Source: Actinomycetota bacterium
GTDB taxonomy: Bacteria > Actinomycetota > Acidimicrobiia > Acidimicrobiales > Ilumatobacteraceae
Assembly (NCBI GenBank): GCA_046052275.1
Contig: JBJOMQ010000005.1
Span: forward strand, 1 to 55,761
Length of the DNA stretch: 55,761 nt
Direction: 5' to 3'
Shown: positions 1-7,291 of the stretch, in pieces
How positions within the stretch are numbered: the first letter of the stretch is position 1
Layout of the letters: each line of letters opens with the position of its first letter
Notes under the pieces: generated by a model
What the model was told of the DNA's origin: nothing
What the model saw: only the letters and a program-made list of their open reading frames with translations
Database searches by the model: none
Program-made: the position numbers and the translations under genes

Positions 1-133
1 CGAGGAGTGCGGACTTGCCGATGGCGGACTCGTCTCGGGAATCCGCACCCTGCGCCGCCGCTGACGGCAGCCGATCCCGTGCCGACCAGGGACGGCACGA
101 CTGGGCGCAGCACCGCCCGCCACATGTCCGCAG

Positions 134-149
134 TGTTCCTCGTGGAACA
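134..149. promoter_or_regulatory. parS: parS-like ParB binding site, copy 1 (one mismatch)
   Basis: TGTTCCTCGTGGAACA matches 15/16 positions of the palindrome TGTTCCACGTGGAACA, which recurs three more times upstream of parA. It resembles the canonical parS TGTTTCACGTGAAACA. Confidence 0.65.
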
Positions 150-237
150 CCCCGCCCGTTCCACCGTCGCGTCGCGGCCGGCAACGGCGTGGAGTGCGGC
201 AATGCGGGGCCGACCGTCACCGATAGTCCAGGCGGGA

Positions 238-253
238 TGTTCCACGTGGAACA
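238..253. promoter_or_regulatory. parS: parS-like ParB binding site, copy 2 (perfect palindrome)
   Basis: TGTTCCACGTGGAACA is a perfect 16-bp palindrome with a CACGTG core like canonical parS. Confidence 0.75.
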
Positions 254-290
254 CTCGAGGACCCGCATTCTCGAGGGGCGCCGAGTGACG

Positions 291-306
291 TGTTCCACGT
301 GGAACC
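291..306. promoter_or_regulatory. parS: parS-like ParB binding site, copy 3 (one mismatch)
   Basis: TGTTCCACGTGGAACC matches 15/16 positions of the palindrome. Confidence 0.7.
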
Positions 307-344
307 ACTGAGGGCTGTCGCTCCCGGGTGCCGGGCGGGCAACA

Positions 345-360
345 TGTTCCACGTGGAACA
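345..360. promoter_or_regulatory. parS: parS-like ParB binding site, copy 4 (perfect palindrome)
   Basis: TGTTCCACGTGGAACA lies about 95 nt upstream of the parA start. Confidence 0.75.
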
Positions 361-454
361 TGGCATGGGCGGAATCCCGCCGTATCCGGCTGTAGCGGGG
401 TAGCCTCTGGGAGGTTTCCCCCATCCGGCCCCTCACGCTGTGGAGTTTGGCGCA

Positions 455-1261
455 ATGAGCGAACATCCCGCCGCACTCCGATCGCTCCCCCGAGTGATCG
501 CGATTGCCAATCAGAAAGGTGGCGTCGGTAAGACGACGACCACCGTCAACCTCGGCGCCTGCCTGGCCGAACAGGGCTTTCGGACGCTGATCGTCGACCT
601 CGATCCGCAGGGAAACGCCTCGACCGGCCTCGGCATCGAGAACCGTGGTCTCGACACCTCGATGTATCAGGTCCTGATGGACGATGCGTCGCTCGAGAAC
701 TGCATCGAGCCCTCGGCGGTGAAGAACCTCTTCGTTGCCCCAGCGAGCCTCGACCTTGCGGGTGCGGAGATTGAACTCGTACCCGCCTTCGGGCGTGAGC
801 ATCGGTTGCGCAAGGCGATCGACGCCGTGCTCAACGACTTCGACTATGTGCTGATCGACTGCCCTCCGTCGCTTGGGCTGCTGACCGTGAACGGCCTGAC
901 GGCGGCGCGTGAGGTGCTGGTGCCGATCCAGTGCGAGTACTACGCGCTCGAGGGACTCGGCCAGCTCCTCCGTAACGTCGATCTGGTGAAGAAGAACCTC
1001 AATCCGTCGCTGGAGGTGAGCACGATCGTCTGCGTGATGTACGACCAGCGAACGAAGCTCGCCGACCAGGTGGTGGCCGAGGTACGCGAGCACTTCGGCG
1101 ACAAGGTCTGCAAGACGGTGGTGCCTCGCAACGTGCGCCTCTCGGAGGCGCCGTCGTACGGTCAGCCGATCATCGTGTTCGATTCCGCTTCTCGTGGAGC
1201 GACGGCGTATCGCAACGTTGCCAAGGAGGTGAGCGGTGGCTCGGCCCAGCGGACTCGGTAA
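455..1261 (+). CDS. parA: Chromosome partitioning ATPase ParA/Soj
   Basis: Deviant Walker A motif in VIAIANQKGGVGKTTTTVNL, followed by LIVDLDPQGNAS. The ORF opens at GTG 440, but ATG 455 has a GGAG 9 nt upstream. It is followed by parB. Confidence 0.93.
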   Translation: MSEHPAALRSLPRVIAIANQKGGVGKTTTTVNLGACLAEQGFRTLIVDLDPQGNASTGLGIENRGLDTSMYQVLMDDASLENCIEPSAVKNLFVAPASLDLAGAEIELVPAFGREHRLRKAIDAVLNDFDYVLIDCPPSLGLLTVNGLTAAREVLVPIQCEYYALEGLGQLLRNVDLVKKNLNPSLEVSTIVCVMYDQRTKLADQVVAEVREHFGDKVCKTVVPRNVRLSEAPSYGQPIIVFDSASRGATAYRNVAKEVSGGSAQRTR

Positions 1262-2189
1262 GGGACTGTCAGCGTTGATCCCCGCCGGCGGTGCTGCGGC
1301 GACGGACAGCGGCGCGAAGGGTGGACCTCGGCTGATGGAGATTCCCGTCGCCAGCATTGTCCCGAATCCGAATCAGCCGCGCGTGCACTTTCCTGAGGAG
1401 GCACTCGCTGATCTGGCTGCGTCGATCAAGGAGATCGGCGTGCTGCAGCCGATCCTCGTTCGCGATACGGGATCGGGTGAGTACGAGCTGATCGCCGGCG
1501 AGCGGCGCTGGCGAGCTGCGCGCCGTGCCGGCCTCGATGCCATTCCGGCCGTCGTCAAGGTGACCGACGACATGGGGTCGGTGCTGGAGGCGCTCGTCGA
1601 GAACCTCCATCGCCAAGATCTGACGCCGCTCGAGGAGGCTGCCTCGTACAGCCAGATGATCGACGACTTCTCGCTGACCCACGATGACGTCGCCAAGCGG
1701 GTCGGCAAGAGTCGCTCATCGATCTCGAACACGCTCCGCCTGCTCTCGCTGCCGGCGAGCATCCAGGCCCTGCTCGCCGACGGCCGACTGTCGGCGGGTC
1801 ACGCCAAGGCGCTGCTCGGCACGCCTGATCGGAATTTCCAGGAGCACATCGCCAAGAAGGCGGTGAGCGAGGGGTGGACCGTGCGGGCCGTCGAGCTGGC
1901 GATTCGCGACCGGGAGGGCCGCTCGACTGCCACCGACGACGGGACGACGACGCCTGGCGGCTCGGTGTCGGACCGTCGGGGCGGTGGCGGTGGTACCGAG
2001 CCCGTCGTGCCGGCGCTGCGGCCGCCGGGACTCGTGGAACTGGAGAATCTGCTCGCCGAGTACTTGTCCACAACTGTGCATATCTCCATGGGGGCAACCC
2101 GTGGAAAAGTGGTGGTTGAGTTCGCCGACCTCGAGGACCTCGAGCGCATTTATCACCAAATGACCACGCAGAGCGGCAATCCGAGCTAG
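1236..2189 (+). CDS. parB: Chromosome partitioning protein ParB/Spo0J
   Basis: N-terminal GLGKGLSALIP and ParB box GERRWRAARRAGL. An AAGGAGG RBS sits 6 nt upstream of GTG 1236. The start overlaps the parA 3' end. Confidence 0.93.
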   Translation: MARPSGLGKGLSALIPAGGAAATDSGAKGGPRLMEIPVASIVPNPNQPRVHFPEEALADLAASIKEIGVLQPILVRDTGSGEYELIAGERRWRAARRAGLDAIPAVVKVTDDMGSVLEALVENLHRQDLTPLEEAASYSQMIDDFSLTHDDVAKRVGKSRSSISNTLRLLSLPASIQALLADGRLSAGHAKALLGTPDRNFQEHIAKKAVSEGWTVRAVELAIRDREGRSTATDDGTTTPGGSVSDRRGGGGGTEPVVPALRPPGLVELENLLAEYLSTTVHISMGATRGKVVVEFADLEDLERIYHQMTTQSGNPS

Positions 2190-2271
2190 TTCATCACGTG
2201 GCGTGAGGTATGCAGTGAGACTCGCGCGTGAGGGTTACGCACACAGGTGGGACAAGGCTGTGGAAAAACCC

Positions 2272-3138
2272 TCATCTCGCGCGTGAGATCCACACCTCAA
2301 TGGCGTGGAGTGCCGCATCGACCACCAGCGGGGCCGCATCGAGGGCCTGGCGGAGGGGGCCGACCGTGACCAGGACCGCCGGCATGCGCGTCTCGCGCAG
2401 CACCGGCAGGCGCATGCCGTCGGTGGCGGCCCGCAGATGCGGCACCACGCCGAGCTGTGCGACTAGGCCCTCGGCAAGGGTTCGGCCGCCGAGCGATTCG
2501 AAGGTGGGCACGCGGTAGAAGTGGACGACGGTCGTCGGTTCGTCGCTCGCCTCGAAACCGAGGTACACGTGGGCACCGAAGTGGTTGGCGGCCAGTGCCT
2601 GCGCCACGGCATCGGGTTCGTCGAGGGTCATCACCGACGCACCGCGCAGGCGCAGGTCGCGCGCCAGCGGCCGCACGAGGCTGCTGAGGCCGCCGAACTG
2701 CCCGAGCACGATGCGGCAATCGGCCAGTGACGCTGGACCCGACCTCAGCGCCTCGCGCTCGCGAACCGCGGCGATGCCTGGCCCATCGCCGGTCTGGCCA
2801 CTGACCCTGAGGATCGCCCGCACAGTCTCGGGTCCACAGACCCCATCGGAGCGAAGCCCGCAGTTGGTCTGGAAGTCGTCGACGGCACGGCCCGTGCGCG
2901 GCCCGAAGATGCCGTCGACTCGACCTGGATCGAAGCCGAGCCGCGCCAAGCGGGTCTGCAATTCGGCGACGTCGTCACCGCGGAGGTTCGGCGAGGTGAG
3001 GTAGAGCGCTCGGTCGCCCAGCGACCACGACGCCTCGACGAGCGCCAGCCAGGTGTGCTCGTCGCAGATGCCGTCGCCACGCAAGCCGCGAGCCGACTGG
3101 AACGCACGCACCGCCAGTTCGGTACTCGGGCAGTACAC
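2272..3138 (-). CDS. cwlM: CwlM-like protein: two PG_binding_1 repeats plus an N-acetylmuramoyl-L-alanine amidase (Amidase_3-like) domain. The 5' end probably extends to about 3228.
   Basis: Peptidoglycan-binding repeats (AVRAFQSARGLRGDGICDEHTW; DDVAELQTRLARLGFDPGRVDGIFGPRTGRAVDDFQ). The position between parB and trxA matches mycobacterial cwlM. The in-frame sequence upstream of GTG 3138 (GQHGEAIRDLQRRLSAAG) completes the first repeat. Confidence 0.8.
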   Translation of the reverse strand: MYCPSTELAVRAFQSARGLRGDGICDEHTWLALVEASWSLGDRALYLTSPNLRGDDVAELQTRLARLGFDPGRVDGIFGPRTGRAVDDFQTNCGLRSDGVCGPETVRAILRVSGQTGDGPGIAAVREREALRSGPASLADCRIVLGQFGGLSSLVRPLARDLRLRGASVMTLDEPDAVAQALAANHFGAHVYLGFEASDEPTTVVHFYRVPTFESLGGRTLAEGLVAQLGVVPHLRAATDGMRLPVLRETRMPAVLVTVGPLRQALDAAPLVVDAALHAIEVWISRAR

Positions 3139-3224
3139 GCCCGCCTCGGCCCCAGCAGGATGACATCCGGCGGCGCTCAGGCGCCGCTGCAGGTCGCGGA
3201 TGGCCTCGCCGTGCTGACCGGGGG

Positions 3225-3560
3225 TCAGTGGGAAGGAGGAAGAAATTCGCTGAGCTCCTGGAGCAGTTGGCCCTTGCCCTTGGCGCCGACGATGCGCTTG
3301 CGCACCTCGCCGCCGTTGAAGACCAGCAGGGTGGGAATGCTCATGACGCTGTAGCGCATCGCAAGGTCGGGGTTCTCGTCGACATTCAGCTTGGCGATCG
3401 TGACCCCGGGCTGCTCGGTGGCGATCTCACCGAGGATGGGAGCGATCATCTTGCACGGACCGCACCACTCGGCCCAGAAGTCGACGACGATCGGCTTGTC
3501 GCTGGCCGCGACCGTCTCGTCGAATGTTGACGTGGTGAGGGTGACGATGCCATCGGCCAT
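3225..3560 (-). CDS. trxA: Thioredoxin
   Basis: WAEWCGPCK active site. ATG 3560 is preceded by an AAGGAA RBS. The longer ORF start at 3587 lacks an RBS. Confidence 0.93.
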   Translation of the reverse strand: MADGIVTLTTSTFDETVAASDKPIVVDFWAEWCGPCKMIAPILGEIATEQPGVTIAKLNVDENPDLAMRYSVMSIPTLLVFNGGEVRKRIVGAKGKGQLLQELSEFLPPSH

Positions 3561-3653
3561 GCCGGTTCCTTTCGCTCGGGACGCCATGCTACCCGTGAGG
3601 TCTGGGCAGGGGCGTGCCAGCGGCGAGGCTCAACCAGGCGTCGGGGACGCGTC

Positions 3654-4601
3654 TCAGTGCGAGCCGTGGGCTTCCAGCCACCGTTCGCAGTCGATCGCTG
3701 CCATGCAGCCCGATCCGGCGGCGGTGATGGCCTGGCGGTAGGTGTGATCCTGCACGTCGCCGCAGGCGAACACGCCGGCGACGTTCGTGTGGCTCGAGCC
3801 CGGCCGGGTGACGAGATAGCCCGAATCCTCCATGTCGAGGACCCCCTTGAACAGGTCGGTGTTCGGCCGGTGGCCAATGGCCACGAACAGGCCCGTCACC
3901 GGCAGCGTCGACACGGCCCCGGTGACCACATTGCGGACCACCGCCCCCTCGAGGCGGTCGGTACCGAGAAGGTCGTCGACCACTGTGTTCCAGAGCGGCT
4001 CGATCTTCGGATTCGAGAGCGCCCGCTCCTGCATGATCTTCGAGGCCCGCAGCGTGTCGCGGCGGTGGATGAGCGTCACCTTCGAGGCGAACTTGGTGAG
4101 GAAGGTGGCCTCCTCGATGGCCGAGTCACCGCCGCCGACAACTGCGATCTCCTGGCCGCGGAAGAAGAACCCGTCGCATGTGGCACAGGTTGAGAGTCCA
4201 TGGCCGAGCAGGCGGGTCTCGGCGTCGAGCCCCAGCATGAGGCTCTGCGCCCCGGTGCTCACGATCACTGCATCGGCCGTGTACTCGGTATCGCGCACCC
4301 ACACTCGCCGAGGCGATGACGAGAAGTCGATCTTCGTCGCCTTGGCGGTCAGGAACTCCGCACCGAACCTGACGGCCTGCTCGCGCATGCGCATCATCAA
4401 CTCCGGGCCCATGATGCCCTCGGGAAAGCCGGGGAAGTTCTCGACCTCTGTGGTGAGCATCAGCTGACCGCCGGGCTGGTCGCTGGTGCTGCTCGGCTCG
4501 CCCTCGATCACGAGCGGGGCGAGACTGGCTCGGGCGGTGTAGATGGCGGCCGTGAGTCCTGCGGGACCCGACCCGATGATGACGACGCGGTGGTGGCTCA
4601 T
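3654..4601 (-). CDS. trxB: Thioredoxin-disulfide reductase
   Basis: FAD-binding motif VVIIGSGPAGLTAAIY, redox-active CATCDG and NADPH-binding motif VVGGGDSAIEEA. It is adjacent to trxA. Confidence 0.95.
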   Translation of the reverse strand: MSHHRVVIIGSGPAGLTAAIYTARASLAPLVIEGEPSSTSDQPGGQLMLTTEVENFPGFPEGIMGPELMMRMREQAVRFGAEFLTAKATKIDFSSSPRRVWVRDTEYTADAVIVSTGAQSLMLGLDAETRLLGHGLSTCATCDGFFFRGQEIAVVGGGDSAIEEATFLTKFASKVTLIHRRDTLRASKIMQERALSNPKIEPLWNTVVDDLLGTDRLEGAVVRNVVTGAVSTLPVTGLFVAIGHRPNTDLFKGVLDMEDSGYLVTRPGSSHTNVAGVFACGDVQDHTYRQAITAAGSGCMAAIDCERWLEAHGSH

Positions 4602-4656
4602 GGTCTGCTCCTGTGGCAGGGGATGGGCGAGTGAGATCGGCCGACTTCGACCGGTG

Positions 4657-4992
4657 CTAGCGCTCGGCGGGCTGGCGATGCCGACGACGGAGGGCGACGA
4701 AACCGAGGCCGACGAAGATGACCGCGAGGACGAAGTAGGTGATCCACACGGTGGTGTCGTGGTCGGTGCGCGCCACCCGCGAGACGGCGGTCTGGGTGAG
4801 GCGCATCAGCAGGATGAGCGCCAGCGGAATCGCCGTCGAGAGGGCGATGACGACGAGAACGCCGAAGACCACGGCCCGGGATGCCTTCACGGCGTTGTCG
4901 GTGGTGACCGACCGGAGGCGGCCCACCCAGTGCTCGAGCGTGCCGGCGATGTTCCGCGACCAGTCGGGGTCGGTGAACGGGTTGCCGAACAT
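4657..4992 (-). CDS. Small hypothetical membrane protein (2 predicted TM helices)
   Basis: Two clear hydrophobic segments (VVFGVLVVIALSTAIPLALILL; ITYFVLAVIFVGLGFVAL) with a basic tail. Same strand as its neighbours. I recognised no family. Confidence 0.5.
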   Translation of the reverse strand: MFGNPFTDPDWSRNIAGTLEHWVGRLRSVTTDNAVKASRAVVFGVLVVIALSTAIPLALILLMRLTQTAVSRVARTDHDTTVWITYFVLAVIFVGLGFVALRRRHRQPAER

Positions 4993-5014
4993 GGGGCGAG
5001 CCTACCGGCCAGCC

Positions 5015-5656
5015 CTACCAGAGGCTGAGGGCGAGCAGTCCGAGCGCGAGGTGATAGGTGGCCATCACGACGAGCCCGCCCGCCCGCACCGGCCGCACGA
5101 ACTGCCGCCATCCGAGCACGGCGTCCGATACGACGAACGCGGTCGATCCGGCGATCACCAGCGGGTCACCCGTCGCCCATCCGACGGCAGCCATGGCGGC
5201 GATGACGATGAGGTACCCGAGCACCGGACGTCGCAGCGATCGGCTGGACGCAGTCGCGCCGCGCACAATCACGTTGCCGACCGTGGCGATGAGGAGCGCT
5301 GCGGCGATCAGTGCCACGCCGCCGAGGGCCAGTCGATCGAGGCCGCGGACGACGAACGAGGCGACGAAGACGACATGGCCGACGAGGAAGGCGGCCAGTC
5401 CGGCCACGAACCGGTCGACGGCCGGCAGCAGGGCGATGTCGCCGGCGAGGCACAGCACGAGGGCGATCACCGTCAGCGTTCCAGCGGTGCCCGCATCGGC
5501 AGCCAGGGCGAGCCCAGCAATGCCCAGGGTGACCAACGGCTTGGTGACCGCCTCGACTCGCGTCCGTGCCAGTGCTGAACCCCCGGCGCGTTCGACGCGC
5601 GACCACCAGTTGGCGGCGGCGAGCACCGTGATGGCGACGACGAGTGCGGCAGTCAC
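5015..5656 (-). CDS. YhhN-family (lysoplasmalogenase-like) membrane protein
   Basis: Polytopic membrane ORF with YhhN-like motifs (LAGDIALL, FLVGHVVF, GSTAFVVSDAVLG). Confidence 0.6.
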   Translation of the reverse strand: MTAALVVAITVLAAANWWSRVERAGGSALARTRVEAVTKPLVTLGIAGLALAADAGTAGTLTVIALVLCLAGDIALLPAVDRFVAGLAAFLVGHVVFVASFVVRGLDRLALGGVALIAAALLIATVGNVIVRGATASSRSLRRPVLGYLIVIAAMAAVGWATGDPLVIAGSTAFVVSDAVLGWRQFVRPVRAGGLVVMATYHLALGLLALSLW

Positions 5657-5707
5657 GGCGGCGAGGCTAGGGGAGCAGCCGTGCTGCTGCGCGCGAACCG
5701 AGGCCGC

Positions 5708-6583
5708 TCAGGGCGCGACGACGAGTTCGGTGCACGACATGTCGACCACGCGTACGACACCGGATGCGGTGTCGAGCACGGCGACACCGATCGATCCCTG
5801 CCACGACACCTCGGCCAGCACGATCTCTGCGGGCGACAGCGGGCAGTCGAAGCCGGGCACCGCCGCACCTGCAGTCGCAGTGGCCTGCACGCTGACGGCC
5901 GAGTCGGTACCGGGCGTGCCAGGGCCGGCAGCGAACGAGTCGGCGAGTTGGCGAAGTGCGTCGACACTGTCGATCACGAGCGGTGCCGACGCGGGTCCGA
6001 CAATCGCCTCGATCGTCGCGGCCGGCGCCTCCGACTGCGACGGGCTGGCATCACCGATCTGTGGTGCTTCCCCCGACTCCATGCGGGTGCTGCCATCGGC
6101 CGCGATCACGGCTCCGCCGGCGTCGTTGACGACGTCGGCAGACGAGTCGGCATCGTTGCCGCCGAGCCGCGGCAGGGTGGCGACGGCGACGACCAGCAGG
6201 GCGGCCGCTGCGGCTGACACTGTGGCGATCTGGCGTTGCCAGCGTGCAGGACGGATCACCGACGCCGTGCGCGTGGGCTCGGCGGCGACATCGTTGTTGG
6301 CGCTGTGGTCGGCGCTGTGATCGGCCGCTGGCTGCGTGTCGGCGACATGGTGTGCCATCGCCGCCGCGACGGCAGCAGCGCGCTGCGACTCGGTCGGGGC
6401 GAGCGATGCGATGTCGGCCCGGAGCAGGTCGCGGGTGGCGATGAGCGCATCGAGCCACTCATTGTCGGGTTCGACGGTGCCGGGGACGCGGTGCAGGCGG
6501 CCCTCGAGGCGTGCGTCGAGGGCGTCGTTCAGCCGGGCGAGCTGGGCGTCGTCGGGCAGGGGCATCGGGTCGGAGGTGCTCAT
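5708..6583 (-). CDS. Putative anti-sigma factor (single-pass membrane protein)
   Basis: Its start overlaps the stop of the upstream ECF sigma gene by 4 nt (6580-6583). One central TM segment (IATVSAAAAALLVVAVATL). The position corresponds to the anti-SigM of mycobacteria. Confidence 0.6.
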   Translation of the reverse strand: MSTSDPMPLPDDAQLARLNDALDARLEGRLHRVPGTVEPDNEWLDALIATRDLLRADIASLAPTESQRAAAVAAAMAHHVADTQPAADHSADHSANNDVAAEPTRTASVIRPARWQRQIATVSAAAAALLVVAVATLPRLGGNDADSSADVVNDAGGAVIAADGSTRMESGEAPQIGDASPSQSEAPAATIEAIVGPASAPLVIDSVDALRQLADSFAAGPGTPGTDSAVSVQATATAGAAVPGFDCPLSPAEIVLAEVSWQGSIGVAVLDTASGVVRVVDMSCTELVVAP

Positions 6584-7230
6584 GTGGCCTCGGTAGGACG
6601 TCGGGAGTCGAGGGCGTGGTTCCCGGGCGCATGACCGAGGTCGCGCGCGAGCTGGGCCCGGCCACGGGCGATGCGGCTCTTCACCGTGCCGATTGGGATG
6701 CCGAGCGTTCCGGCGATCTCGGCGTAGTCGAGGTCGGCGACGTCGCGGAGCACCACGGGAATCCTGAAATCGTCAGGGAGCCGGCTGAGCGCGGCCTCGA
6801 GCGCGGGGCCATCCGTGAGCCGGGCGGCAATCTCGTCGATCGACCGGTCGGCCGCTGGATCCACCACCTCGGTGACCGCTCGGTCGGAATCCGACGATGC
6901 CGGCGCCGGGCGCCGCCGCCGTCGACGGAGCTCGTCGAGGCTCGCATTCGCCGCAACCCGATAGGCCCAGGTGCTGAAGGCCGCCCTGCCATCAAATCGG
7001 GGCAGGCCGCGAACGATCGCGATGAGCGCCTCTTGGGCCGCATCAGCGGCATCGGCATGGCTGCCCGTGATCCGCCGGCACACGGCGAAGACCCTGTCGT
7101 AGTGGCGGCGAAGCAGCATGTCGAGCGCAGCGCTGTCACCACGCCGTGCAGCGTCGACAAGGGCGTGGTCGTCGACGTCGGTCGACAGTCGGGAGGCGGA
7201 CGGCGTCGCGATGTGGCCGAGGCTACCCAT
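6580..7230 (-). CDS. ECF-type RNA polymerase sigma-70 family factor
   Basis: Region 2 (DAADAAQEALIAIVRGLPRFDGRAAFSTWAYRVAANASLDELRRR) and region 4 HTH (LDYAEIAGTLGIPIGTVKSRIARGR). Confidence 0.9.
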   Translation of the reverse strand: MGSLGHIATPSASRLSTDVDDHALVDAARRGDSAALDMLLRRHYDRVFAVCRRITGSHADAADAAQEALIAIVRGLPRFDGRAAFSTWAYRVAANASLDELRRRRRRPAPASSDSDRAVTEVVDPAADRSIDEIAARLTDGPALEAALSRLPDDFRIPVVLRDVADLDYAEIAGTLGIPIGTVKSRIARGRAQLARDLGHAPGNHALDSRRPTEAT

Positions 7231-7291
7231 CGCGGTGGGCCGAGTGTCCCGCAGTGTGCGGACGGCGCGCCATCACGAAGGATCGGGTTGG

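Noticed and set aside
7-311. ORFs of 93 and 98 aa at the window start, containing FHVEH and STWN peptides
   Set aside because: They are read-through translations of the parS palindromes, with no RBS and no recognisable domain. The region is better explained as the non-coding parS platform upstream of parA.
2190-2290. Direct repeat CTCGCGCGTGAG (two copies) and the TGAGGGTT/AACCCTCA inverted repeat between parB and the cwlM-like gene
   Set aside because: This may be a weak convergent terminator, but the loop is about 30 nt and the second repeat overlaps the cwlM-like stop region. The evidence is too weak to call a feature.
5058-6320. 420-aa plus-strand ORF (and many similar ones, e.g. 17927-19108 minus, 31404-32525 minus, 42069-43490 minus, 50644-51861 plus)
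   Set aside because: They are antisense or out of frame relative to genes with clear motifs. Their composition is extreme Ala/Arg/Pro/Ser/Thr-rich, as expected for stop-poor frames at 68% GC. No domain motifs are present.
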